DNA of 64,000 bases, taken from positions 4,632 through 68,631 of the forward strand of contig CABSEG010000002.1 in the NCBI GenBank assembly GCA_902476645.1, read 5' to 3'. The position numbers were made by a program, and so were the translations under genes. The notes beneath the pieces were generated by a model. That model ran no database searches and was not told the DNA's origin. It worked only from the letters and a program-made list of their open reading frames with translations. Shown piece after piece: positions 19,587-28,401 of the stretch. Position 1 is the stretch's first letter, and every line of letters begins with the position of its first letter. This DNA is from an uncultured Lachnospiraceae bacterium. Lineage in GTDB: Bacteria > Bacillota > Clostridia > Lachnospirales > Lachnospiraceae.

Positions 19587-20531
19587 ATGTTAGTTTCTAT
19601 TGTAATTCCCTGTTACAACTCCGAAAAATCCATCGGCCAGGTGGTGGATCTGACCATCCAGGAATTTGAAAAGCTTGGCCGCTATGAGTACGAATTTATC
19701 CTGGTTAATGACTGTTCAAAGGATCAGACGTATCCGGCTATCCGAAAGCTGGCCGAAAAATATCCCTTTGTGCGGGGCATCAATCTCGCCAAAAATTTCG
19801 GACAGCACAATGCCATTATGGCCGGGCTTCACTATGCTTCCGGGGATCTGATTGTGGGTATGGATGATGATTTACAAACCCACCCTTCTCAGATGTATAA
19901 ACTTTTGGACAAGATCCAGGAAGGGTACGATCTGGTCTATGGCCAATACCGAAAACGAAAAAATTCTTTTTTCAAGAATCTGACCAGTGAATTTAATAAA
20001 GTTACTTCCAGGATTCTCCTGGGACGTCCAAAGGAAATCGAGTCCAGCAACTACTGGGTAATTACCAGAGCTGTACGGAATGAAGTCATTCAATACACCA
20101 ACTATAACCCTTATGTGGATGCCATCTTTTACCGTGTAACGGATCAGATTGCAAATGTCACCATTGAGCATCATAAACGGGAACAGGGAAGCTCCAATTA
20201 TACCTTTCGCAAGCTGGTGCGGCTTTGGATGGCATACTGGAATTTTTCTGTCATTCCCCTGCGCATTTCTTCCGTGCTGGGATTGCTTCTCTCCGCCAGC
20301 GGATTTTTGGGGGCCATTTTGACCTTTTTTCGGCAGCTCATCTCTCCCAGCTCCCAGATGGGATGGGCATCTATCATGTGTGCCATGTGTCTGTTTTTTG
20401 GGTTTGTACTGCTGGGTCTTGGCATCATGGGAGAATACTTGGGGAAAATCTTGTTGTGTATCAACAACACGCCTCAGTATATTATCCGCAGCACCGTAAA
20501 CATTCCGGAACAGCAGGGGGATAAATCATGA
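19587..20531 (+). CDS. Polyprenyl-phosphate glycosyltransferase, GT2 (GtrB/ArnC/CsbB-like)
   Basis: 314 aa. It has VSIVIPCYNSE, a DxD (GMDDDLQTHP) and two C-terminal TM helices ending in GIMGEYLGKI, which is typical of the GtrB/ArnC class. Confidence 0.85.
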   Translation: MLVSIVIPCYNSEKSIGQVVDLTIQEFEKLGRYEYEFILVNDCSKDQTYPAIRKLAEKYPFVRGINLAKNFGQHNAIMAGLHYASGDLIVGMDDDLQTHPSQMYKLLDKIQEGYDLVYGQYRKRKNSFFKNLTSEFNKVTSRILLGRPKEIESSNYWVITRAVRNEVIQYTNYNPYVDAIFYRVTDQIANVTIEHHKREQGSSNYTFRKLVRLWMAYWNFSVIPLRISSVLGLLLSASGFLGAILTFFRQLISPSSQMGWASIMCAMCLFFGFVLLGLGIMGEYLGKILLCINNTPQYIIRSTVNIPEQQGDKS

Positions 20532-21745
20532 AAAAGAAGCTATTGATTTTAGGAGCCGGTATTTACCAGGTTCCTCTTATTAAAAGGGCCAAAGAAATGG
20601 GGCTTTACACCATTGCCGCCAGCTATCCAGGCCCCTATCCCGGACTTTCTCTCGCAGACCGTGCCTGGCTTATCGACACCAGAGATGCTGCGAAGCTTAA
20701 AGATGCCGCCGCAAAGGAGGGCATCGATGGGATCTGTACCTCCGGAACCGATGTGGCCATCTACTCCATGGGATTTTTATGCCGCCATCTCTCCCTGCCC
20801 GGTCTGTCTCTGGAAACTGCCAGACTTCTCACAGATAAATTCCTGATGAAAGACGCCTTTGTGCGGGGAGGCGTACAGACTCCCCGTGCCATCCGCGTCT
20901 CTTCTAAAGAACAGGCCATCTCGGCCTTTGATCAGTTGTCTGCCCCTGTGATTGTGAAAGCCGTGGACAGTTCCGGAAGTCGTGGCGTCACCAGAGCTGA
21001 TGACAAACAGCAGCTTTTAAAAGCCTATCAAAACGCCCTCCAGGTGACCAAGACAGATTACGTATTGGTGGAACAGTTTATCGCCGCTCATGAGATTGGG
21101 GTGGACGGTTTTTTCTCCCATGGACAGCTTGCTCTTCTGCTTCCTCATGATAAGTTCGTATACCGGACAGACAAAGGGATTTCTCTGCCTGAGGGCCACC
21201 GGTTTCCCTATCAATGCTCTCCCCGGATTCTGGAAGATATCCGAAGACAGATTTTGACGGCTGCCCGGGCTGTAGGCCTGGATCAGGGCCCTTTCAACGC
21301 AGACGTGCTCATTACCCGAGATGGAAAAGCCCTGATTCTGGAGATGGGCGGCCGTGCAGGGGCCACCTGTATTCCGGAGCTGATTTCTATGTATCTGGGA
21401 TGTGACTATTATGAGCAGATTATTCGCTGCGCCCTGGGCCTTCCCGTGGATTTTTCTCACAAAGGCACCTGCCCTGCCATGGCAAAGCTTCTGTTTACAC
21501 CCAAAGCCGGTATACTCACTCATGTGAATCTAGCCTTTTTGGACGGGCTTCGCCGTCAGGGCACAGAGGTATCCTTAGATTACAAAATTGGAGATTTACT
21601 CCCCGCTGTCTGTGACGGAACAGACCGCATCGGCCAGGTCATCATGGCCACCGATCAGGTCTCAAAGCTGGACGAAACCCTTTCCCAGATACGCGGGCAC
21701 CTCAAAATAGATGGTGAAACATTGGAGCAATTATGGAACGAATAA
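20528..21745 (+). CDS. ATP-grasp domain carboxylate-amine ligase-like protein
   Basis: 405 aa. The N-terminal Rossmann-like region reads KLLILGAGIYQVPLIKRAK; the central ATP-grasp region has VIVKAVDSSGSRGV and LVEQFIAAHEIGVDGF. An ATGA overlap couples it to the upstream GT2. Confidence 0.8.
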   Translation: MKKKLLILGAGIYQVPLIKRAKEMGLYTIAASYPGPYPGLSLADRAWLIDTRDAAKLKDAAAKEGIDGICTSGTDVAIYSMGFLCRHLSLPGLSLETARLLTDKFLMKDAFVRGGVQTPRAIRVSSKEQAISAFDQLSAPVIVKAVDSSGSRGVTRADDKQQLLKAYQNALQVTKTDYVLVEQFIAAHEIGVDGFFSHGQLALLLPHDKFVYRTDKGISLPEGHRFPYQCSPRILEDIRRQILTAARAVGLDQGPFNADVLITRDGKALILEMGGRAGATCIPELISMYLGCDYYEQIIRCALGLPVDFSHKGTCPAMAKLLFTPKAGILTHVNLAFLDGLRRQGTEVSLDYKIGDLLPAVCDGTDRIGQVIMATDQVSKLDETLSQIRGHLKIDGETLEQLWNE

Positions 21746-22083
21746 AGCCTTTTTTATTATTACATTTAAATATTTTATTATTTTCTTTTACCGGAGTTTT
21801 CTCAAAGCTGGCCTCGATCCAATATAACCGGCACGGCCTGTCTTCTCCTCTCCTGTACTTATTTCTTTTTTTCATGATGGCAAACTGTGGGCTGTATGCC
21901 ATAGCCTGGCAGCATTCCATCAAAAAATTTTCCCTTTCCACAGCCTATGCGCACCGCAGCGTTTATCTGATCTGGTCCCAGATCTGGGCTGTAGTCATTT
22001 TTCACGAACGTCTTTCCTGGAATCATGTTCTGGGAATGCTGATTGTATTTATCGGAGTATTGGTGGTGCAAAAGTATGAGTAG
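21733..22083 (+). CDS. Small EamA/SMR-like membrane protein (ArnE/ArnF-like half-transporter)
   Basis: 116 aa with about four hydrophobic helices. It overlaps the ATP-grasp gene stop by 13 nt. Confidence 0.7.
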   Translation: MERIKPFLLLHLNILLFSFTGVFSKLASIQYNRHGLSSPLLYLFLFFMMANCGLYAIAWQHSIKKFSLSTAYAHRSVYLIWSQIWAVVIFHERLSWNHVLGMLIVFIGVLVVQKYE

Positions 22084-22414
22084 AATTTTTATGTTTTTGA
22101 TGTTTGGATGTACCTTTTTTTCGGCCCTGTCTCAGACCCTGTTAAAGCAAAGTGCAAACAGACCTCACGCCAATTCTTTTCTGGAATTTTTCAACTGGAG
22201 AGTCATCACGGCCTATGTCATCTTTGCTCTGGTCCTTCTGGCAAATACTTATGCCTATACTCAGGTGCCTTACCGGTATGGTTCTATTATCGATTCCTTC
22301 ACCTATGTATTCGTGCTTCTCATGTCCCATTTCTGGCTAAAAGAAAAGATTACCAAAGGAAAACTCCTCGGTAATCTTCTCATTGTCTGTGGTATCCTTG
22401 TATATTCCCTCTAG
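22076..22414 (+). CDS. Small EamA/SMR-like membrane protein (second ArnE/ArnF-like half-transporter)
   Basis: Starts at MSRIFMFLMFG (ATG 22076), overlapping the previous stop (ATGAGTAG). It is about 112 aa with about four helices. Confidence 0.7.
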   Translation: MSRIFMFLMFGCTFFSALSQTLLKQSANRPHANSFLEFFNWRVITAYVIFALVLLANTYAYTQVPYRYGSIIDSFTYVFVLLMSHFWLKEKITKGKLLGNLLIVCGILVYSL

Positions 22415-22434
22415 AAACCACCCCCGGTCTTTCC

Positions 22435-23565
22435 TTAAATCAGAAAGTCCTTCAGCCTCTTACTCCTGGAAGGATGGCGGAGCTTTCGCAGAGCTTTCGC
22501 CTCAATCTGTCGGATACGCTCTCTGGTCACATTAAACTCTTTCCCCACTTCTTCCAGAGTTCTCGCTCTTCCATCCTCCAATCCAAATCGGAGACGCACC
22601 ACCTGGCGTTCCCTGTCTGTAAGAGATTCCAAAGCCGTGCTCAGTTCTTCCCGCAACATGGAAAAGGCTGCGGAATCAGAGGGAGACAAAGCGGAATCGT
22701 CCTCAATAAAATCTCCCAGGTGACTGTCATCTTCTTCCCCGATGGGGGTATCCAAAGAAACCGGATCTCTGGAAATTTTCAGAACCTCTCGCACCCTGGC
22801 CACAGGCACTCCCAGGCGTTCCGCCACCTCTTCAGGGGTGGGTTCCCGACCCAGCTCCTGCAACAGAGTTCTGGTCATACGAAGGGTCTTATTGATGGTT
22901 TCCACCATATGTACTGGTACGCGGATGGTTCTTCCCGTATCCGCGATTCCCCTGGTGATCGCCTGACGAATCCACCAGGTGGCATAGGTACTGAACTTAT
23001 AGCCTTTGGTATAGTCAAATTTATCCACGGCTTTCATCAGTCCCATGTTTCCTTCCTGAATCAGATCCAGAAAAGGCATTCCTCTGCCCACATACTTTTT
23101 GGCGATACTCACCACCAGACGGAGATTGGCTTCGGTCAGCGCTTTCTTGGCTTCTTCATCGCCTTCCTCCACACGCTTGGCCAATTCCACCTCCTCATCC
23201 GTAGAGAGAAGAGGTACATTTCCAATCTCTTTTAAGTACATGCGGACGGGATCTTCCGTGCTCACACCCTCCAAAACGTCCACATCGTCGATGATCTCCA
23301 CTTCCTCTTCCTCATCCAGAATGATATCATCGTCACTCTCTATCAGAAGATCTGCCCCATTCTCATCATCCACTCCGGTCTGCAGAATGTCAATATTATT
23401 CTTCTCCAGATACTCAATGACCAGATCCATCTTATCCTCGGTAAGCTCAAGGCCCTTGAACGCATCATTGATTTCTCCATACTGCAGCACATTTTTTTTG
23501 GTTTTTGCCAGATCTACCAAACCCAGCAGCTGTTTCGTAAACAGTTCTTCTTGTACTTGATCCAT
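22435..23565 (-). CDS. rpoD: Primary RNA polymerase sigma factor (sigma-70/SigA)
   Basis: Starts at MDQVQEELF with an AGGAGAG RBS. It has an acidic region 1, then [12 protein letters not shown] and the region 4 helix-turn-helix [29 protein letters not shown]. Confidence 0.9.
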   Translation of the reverse strand: MDQVQEELFTKQLLGLVDLAKTKKNVLQYGEINDAFKGLELTEDKMDLVIEYLEKNNIDILQTGVDDENGADLLIESDDDIILDEEEEVEIIDDVDVLEGVSTEDPVRMYLKEIGNVPLLSTDEEVELAKRVEEGDEEAKKALTEANLRLVVSIAKKYVGRGMPFLDLIQEGNMGLMKAVDKFDYTKGYKFSTYATWWIRQAITRGIADTGRTIRVPVHMVETINKTLRMTRTLLQELGREPTPEEVAERLGVPVARVREVLKISRDPVSLDTPIGEEDDSHLGDFIEDDSALSPSDSAAFSMLREELSTALESLTDRERQVVRLRFGLEDGRARTLEEVGKEFNVTRERIRQIEAKALRKLRHPSRSKRLKDFLI

Positions 23566-23611
23566 AAATGTTCTCTCCTGACCTCTACCTAATCTATACC
23601 TATTCTTACGC

Positions 23612-23640
23612 ATTATCTATTACAATATCATCTTTGACAA
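23612..23640 (-). promoter_or_regulatory. Sigma-70-type promoter for rpoD
   Basis: The minus strand reads TTGTCA, 17 nt, GATAAT. Confidence 0.4.
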
Positions 23641-23646
23641 GGTATG

Positions 23647-24105
23647 TCAACTTTTGCGGCGCAGATTCCATAAAATTACAAGGAATGCCCCAAGGAACAG
23701 AAACAAATCTCCCAGATTAAACACAATACTGCGCAATTTTTTCCATTTCACATGAAAACTGAAGTAATCTACCACGTACTTCCGTCTTAAGCGATCCCAT
23801 ACGTTACTGGCAGCTCCTCCCATAAAAAGCGCCCATCCGGTTTTTAAGAGTCCAAGTCCCTTATGAGCAAGCAAGAGCAGATAACCTGCCCCGCTGGCAA
23901 GCAGCAAAAAGACAGAAACTCTTCTCACCAGCTTCTGTCTTCCCTCCAGGATGTTAAACGCGCCCCCTCTGTTGTGGGACTTCCTGACCCATATTCGGCC
24001 TCCCAGGATCTTTATGGGGAAGCATTCTTCGTCTCTGCTTTCCACCCACCTTTTGATCCAGAGATCTAAACCGCAGATACTGGCGGATAGAAGCAGATAT
24101 ACCAT
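23647..24105 (-). CDS. lspA: Lipoprotein signal peptidase II
   Basis: 152 aa with NRGGAFN, DRLRRKYVVDYF and FNLGD motifs and four TM segments. Confidence 0.8.
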   Translation of the reverse strand: MVYLLLSASICGLDLWIKRWVESRDEECFPIKILGGRIWVRKSHNRGGAFNILEGRQKLVRRVSVFLLLASGAGYLLLLAHKGLGLLKTGWALFMGGAASNVWDRLRRKYVVDYFSFHVKWKKLRSIVFNLGDLFLFLGAFLVILWNLRRKS

Positions 24106-24107
24106 TC

Positions 24108-25568
24108 CTATCCCTCCAGACTCATAACGCCCCTCATCTGAATCAGAGGGCCGCCTTTATGTTCAATATATTCCCGTGTAATCGTAACCATTCCAATATT
24201 TTCGTCTTTCGGAATCTCATACATAATATCCAGCATAAACTCCTCTATAATCGCCCGCAGCGCCCTGGCCCCTGTCTTCTTTTCCAAAGCCTTTTTGGCA
24301 ATGGCCTCTAATGCCCCATCGTCAAATTCCAATCTCACCTCATCTAAAGCCAGAAGCTTCTGATACTGTTTGAGAATTGCATTTTTCGGCTCCCGCAGGA
24401 TCTGAACCAGCATATCCTGCGTCAGCTGCTGCAGAGTAAACACCACTGGGAGACGCCCGATAAACTCCGGAATCATCCCAAATTTGCGGATATCCTCCAG
24501 GGTAACCTTTTCTAAAAGATTTGGTTCGTTGTCATACTTATCCTTTAAGTCTGCCTTAAAACCAATGGAAGACTGCTTATTAAGCCGCTCTTTGATGATG
24601 TCCTCCAGTCCCGGAAATGCCCCTCCACAGATAAACAGGATATTCTTTGTGTTTACGGTAGTCAGCGGAACCATGGCGTTCTTGCTGCTGGCTCCCACAG
24701 GAACCTCCACCTCACTGCCCTCCAAAAGTTTTAACATCCCCTGCTGAACGGATTCTCCACTCACATCTCTCTGATTGGTATTCTTTTTCTTGGCGATCTT
24801 GTCAATCTCATCGATAAAGATGATCCCTCTCTCCGCTTTCTCCACGTCGTTTCCCGCCGCAGCCAGCAGCTTTGAAACCACGCTTTCGATATCATCTCCA
24901 ATATAACCTGCCTCTGTCAGGGAGGTGGCATCCGCAATAGCCAGAGGTACATCCAGCAATCTTGCCAAGGTTTTCACCAGATAGGTCTTTCCACTTCCGG
25001 TCGGCCCGATCATAAGCATATTTGATTTTTCAATCTCTATATCATCCATAGAGTTGGTAGCCACTCGTTTATAGTGATTGTAGACTGCGACGGAAATGAC
25101 TTTTTTTGCCTTTTCCTGCCCAATGATATACTCGTCCAGACTGGCTTTGATCTTATGGGGCGCAGGGATATCTTTTACATTAAACTGGGGTTTTACCTGG
25201 GACTCTTGCTTTTTCTTTTTAATTTTCTGACGTTTCGGTATCTGCTCGTTTAAGTCTCCCAGGTGAATCATACTGATGTTTGGCATATTGGTCATATTCA
25301 TCAGATCCCCATAGGGAAGATTTCCATTGTTCATGGAGTCAAAGGCCTTCTGCATACATTCGGAACAAATGGAGATGTGGTTGGGAAGGGAAACCATCTT
25401 CCCTGCCTTGCTCTCCGGTCTTCTGCATATGAAACAGACCTGCTCGTACTCCTCGGGTTCTTTCTTTCCGTCCTTTTTGTCTTCTGTCGCATCGGGCTGT
25501 ATACTTTGCCCGTCATTTTGCTTTTCTCTATCTAAACTATTTTGCTCGTATTCTTTTTCGTCTGTCAT
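24108..25568 (-). CDS. clpX: ATP-dependent Clp protease ATP-binding subunit ClpX (with a roughly 45-aa acidic N-terminal extension)
   Basis: 486 aa. It has a C4 zinc finger (CFICRR...CSECMQ), Walker A GPTGSGKT, Walker B IIFIDEIDK and an IGF-like loop region. Confidence 0.9.
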   Translation of the reverse strand: MTDEKEYEQNSLDREKQNDGQSIQPDATEDKKDGKKEPEEYEQVCFICRRPESKAGKMVSLPNHISICSECMQKAFDSMNNGNLPYGDLMNMTNMPNISMIHLGDLNEQIPKRQKIKKKKQESQVKPQFNVKDIPAPHKIKASLDEYIIGQEKAKKVISVAVYNHYKRVATNSMDDIEIEKSNMLMIGPTGSGKTYLVKTLARLLDVPLAIADATSLTEAGYIGDDIESVVSKLLAAAGNDVEKAERGIIFIDEIDKIAKKKNTNQRDVSGESVQQGMLKLLEGSEVEVPVGASSKNAMVPLTTVNTKNILFICGGAFPGLEDIIKERLNKQSSIGFKADLKDKYDNEPNLLEKVTLEDIRKFGMIPEFIGRLPVVFTLQQLTQDMLVQILREPKNAILKQYQKLLALDEVRLEFDDGALEAIAKKALEKKTGARALRAIIEEFMLDIMYEIPKDENIGMVTITREYIEHKGGPLIQMRGVMSLEG

Positions 25569-25604
25569 GTCCTATCCTCTTTTCCCAAAAATACCTATGG
25601 CTAG

Positions 25605-25633
25605 ATTATATCCCAGAACAGTTTTTCGCACAA
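25605..25633 (-). promoter_or_regulatory. Sigma-70-type promoter for clpX
   Basis: The minus strand reads TTGTGC, 17 nt, TATAAT. Confidence 0.4.
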
Positions 25634-25678
25634 GTAAAGATTTTATAAAACACGGTAAAATCAGATGGGACATATGCC

Positions 25679-25715
25679 AGAACAGGGCGCAACCTTTGAA
25701 GTTGCGCCCTGTTCT
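25679..25715 (-). terminator. Strong hairpin after htrA (terminator-like, no clear U-tract)
   Basis: A 15-bp perfect stem, AGAACAGGGCGCAAC/GTTGCGCCCTGTTCT, with a 7-nt loop. Confidence 0.5.
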
Positions 25716-25722
25716 CTCTCCT

Positions 25723-27390
25723 CTATTGTCCAAAATATTCCTCCGGAAACAGATCCTGGAAGGGAGTTACGGAATCTCCTCCCTGACTTGGATTTTGTTC
25801 CTCCGATTCGCTTTCACTCTGAGATTCACTCTGTGTAGAAGTCTGGGCATCGTCCTGGGATGCCAGAGTAATACTAACGGTTCGCTCCTCATACTCCCCG
25901 CTGTTGGCAGAGGAAAGTACCACATCTACGGTTTCTCCCGCCTCATAGTATTCCATCCGGGAGAGCATCTCGTCTCTGGAACCAATGGTTACGCCATCGA
26001 ACTTGGTAATGATATCCCCCTTCTTAAAGCCGGCCTTTTCCGCTGCGGATCCCTCTTCCACAGAGTAGACAAAGGCTCCTGAAGGCATATTGTACACTTC
26101 CTTTGCCTCATCGGATACATCCGCCAACGTAACGCCCATGTATCCTTTCTTATCGGTATCCACCTTCGTCCTGGTGGTACGATTCATCAAATCGCTCAAA
26201 ATCGGCGTTGCCGTATTAATGGGAATGGCATATCCCATGCCTTCCACACCCTCGGCGGCTGCCTTCACAGAATTGATGCCGATAAGCTGACCATTGGTGT
26301 TCAAAAGAGCGCCTCCGCTATTTCCAAAGTTAATAGCCGCGTCCGTCTGAATCAGGCTGTTTGTTACGTCATCCACGGTTACCTCACGATTCAAGGCGCT
26401 GACATAACCCACCGTTACGGATTGACCATAGCCCAATGCATTTCCGATGGCAACCACCTGCTGACCCACCTTTAGCTGATCTGAGTCGCCCATCTCGATC
26501 ACTTTGATCTTAGTCTTTACAGATTCCGGTATATCGTTCAGCTTTACAGCCACGATTGCCAGATCATGCTCCGGGTCTGTTCCCTTAATCTGGCCCTCTA
26601 CCACCAGATCTTCCTGGTTCTCTACCTCCACAGTGAAGCAAACACTTAAATTCTGCGCCCCCTCTACCACATGGTTGTTGGTGGCAATCAAAAGCTCCGA
26701 ATCATTCTGATCCACAATAATGCCGGAGCCGCTTCCCTCCTCGGTCTGTTCCTGGGTTCCGAAAAACATACTCTGCACCTGCTGCACGCTAATGGTAGTG
26801 ATCGCTACAATAGAAGACATAGAGTTTTCCGCCACCTGGGAAATATCTGCGCCGTACGTGGGAGCAGATACGGGGACTGACGAATCCGCCTCCGTGGAAG
26901 AAGTCTGGCTTCCCACCACACCTGCCGATTCAATACGCGCCTCTGTTTCCTGGGGAGGCATCATCTTCCCTCCCACATAATTGGTGGCCTGGAAGGCCGC
27001 GCCTCCTACCACGCCAAAGACCAGCGCCACTGCCGCGCTGACTGCCAACTTCGGAAGTATCCCGTTTGCATGTTTTCCCTTTGCGCTTCTTTTTTGCTCC
27101 TCCCCCTCTTCCTTTTGGGGACCCTGCTGAGCCTGGTTGCTTTGGCCATAACTGTAATGATAAAAAGAAGGAGCCTGCTGAACCACTTGTTCCTGTTTCG
27201 GCTCCGACGCTTCCTCTGTCTGTTCTTCCTGATTCTGCCGGTAAACGGATGCCTCTTGTGTTTCTTCTGAAGGTACCGCGTCCTCTTCTGACTGTTGCAT
27301 AGTCTCCTTTATATCAGAATCTGCGGGGCTCGGCGTTGTCTCCTGTGGATTTTCACCGTTTCCCTGACTGTTATTTATTTCGTCATACAT
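25723..27390 (-). CDS. htrA: HtrA/DegP-family serine protease with a PDZ domain
   Basis: 555 aa. It has a low-complexity N-terminus followed by a TM helix, trypsin-like motifs (TNNHVV, DLAIV, GNSGGAL), a C-terminal PDZ domain and a SESQSESESE tail. Confidence 0.85.
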   Translation of the reverse strand: MYDEINNSQGNGENPQETTPSPADSDIKETMQQSEEDAVPSEETQEASVYRQNQEEQTEEASEPKQEQVVQQAPSFYHYSYGQSNQAQQGPQKEEGEEQKRSAKGKHANGILPKLAVSAAVALVFGVVGGAAFQATNYVGGKMMPPQETEARIESAGVVGSQTSSTEADSSVPVSAPTYGADISQVAENSMSSIVAITTISVQQVQSMFFGTQEQTEEGSGSGIIVDQNDSELLIATNNHVVEGAQNLSVCFTVEVENQEDLVVEGQIKGTDPEHDLAIVAVKLNDIPESVKTKIKVIEMGDSDQLKVGQQVVAIGNALGYGQSVTVGYVSALNREVTVDDVTNSLIQTDAAINFGNSGGALLNTNGQLIGINSVKAAAEGVEGMGYAIPINTATPILSDLMNRTTRTKVDTDKKGYMGVTLADVSDEAKEVYNMPSGAFVYSVEEGSAAEKAGFKKGDIITKFDGVTIGSRDEMLSRMEYYEAGETVDVVLSSANSGEYEERTVSITLASQDDAQTSTQSESQSESESEEQNPSQGGDSVTPFQDLFPEEYFGQ

Positions 27391-27475
27391 CCAAAACTAC
27401 CTCCTCGGATTTTCCCTTTTGTATGGAAATAGTCTAACAGTCAATTGTGTTTAATCTGTGTTCTATTCTTTAAAA

Positions 27476-28399
27476 TTATTTGAAATCCCAGTAGGCGCTG
27501 CTGGCACTCAGTTTTCGTACCCAGGATTTCGGCAATTTCTGATACCTTTTCCCAAGCTGATATCCCAAAAACTTGAATCCGGACTGTAGGATCAGATGGG
27601 GAATCATCCAGGGTTTTTTACTTCTGCACAGATAACCAGCGGTCTTTTTTACCAGCCTTATGCCCTCACTCTCCGACCTGGCCATCTGGAAGATTTCCGG
27701 GTGATCTGCCTGGGAGACCGCCAGATCGAAATTTCTTCTAAGTTGTTGTATCCCGCTGTAGTTATGGGAATGTATGACGCGTGCCTGCGCCACATAGGCA
27801 ATGCTCCCCCCGTTTTGAATAATCTTGCCAGCGAAGATCATATCCTCATTAAATATGGTACGTTTCTCAAATCCACCCAGTTTTCGGTACATATCCGCCC
27901 GGTACATCGCGCAGACATTGGAGCAAAAAAAGGTCTTAATGCCATAATCCTTTAAGTCATCTGCTGACTTAATGCTGGAAGCGGGCGGATAATTAAAGGT
28001 TCTGGTATACTTCTCCACAATGCCGCAGTCCGGCGCCGGAAGCTGTCTTGCATAAGCGGCCCAAACTTTTGGGTTTTGAAATGCCTCCACCAGCTGTCGG
28101 ATTACCTCCCCATTCTCAGGTACCGCATCTTGGGTAAAGTAACATAAAAGATCCGCATTCGAAAAGGAGGCGGCCCTATCTCTAGTGCCGCCGTGGTCAA
28201 ACTCGCTGCGTCTCAGATGCCGTATTTCCACCCCCGTAAGATCCCCGTAGCCCTTCTTCGGGAAGAAGGGCTCCTCCGTATTCATAATCAGGATCCTGCT
28301 AATGGGATAGGTCTGTTCTCCCAGCATCTTCATCAGCCTGTCAAATTTATCATCCGGTTTATACGTCGGAATGATCACATCTACTGTGTATGGTTTCAT
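27476..28399 (-). CDS. GT2 glycosyltransferase (rhamnosyltransferase-like)
   Basis: 307 aa. It begins VDVIIPTYKPDD and has GT-A fold signatures. Confidence 0.8.
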   Translation of the reverse strand: MKPYTVDVIIPTYKPDDKFDRLMKMLGEQTYPISRILIMNTEEPFFPKKGYGDLTGVEIRHLRRSEFDHGGTRDRAASFSNADLLCYFTQDAVPENGEVIRQLVEAFQNPKVWAAYARQLPAPDCGIVEKYTRTFNYPPASSIKSADDLKDYGIKTFFCSNVCAMYRADMYRKLGGFEKRTIFNEDMIFAGKIIQNGGSIAYVAQARVIHSHNYSGIQQLRRNFDLAVSQADHPEIFQMARSESEGIRLVKKTAGYLCRSKKPWMIPHLILQSGFKFLGYQLGKRYQKLPKSWVRKLSASSAYWDFK

Positions 28400-28401
28400 C
28401 T

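Noticed and set aside
22415-22434. A missing terminator between the convergent cassette (+) and rpoD (-), suggesting transcriptional interference
   Set aside because: The 20-nt gap has no hairpin, which is real. However, convergent genes can use terminators embedded in coding sequence. Without transcript data this is not a supportable finding.
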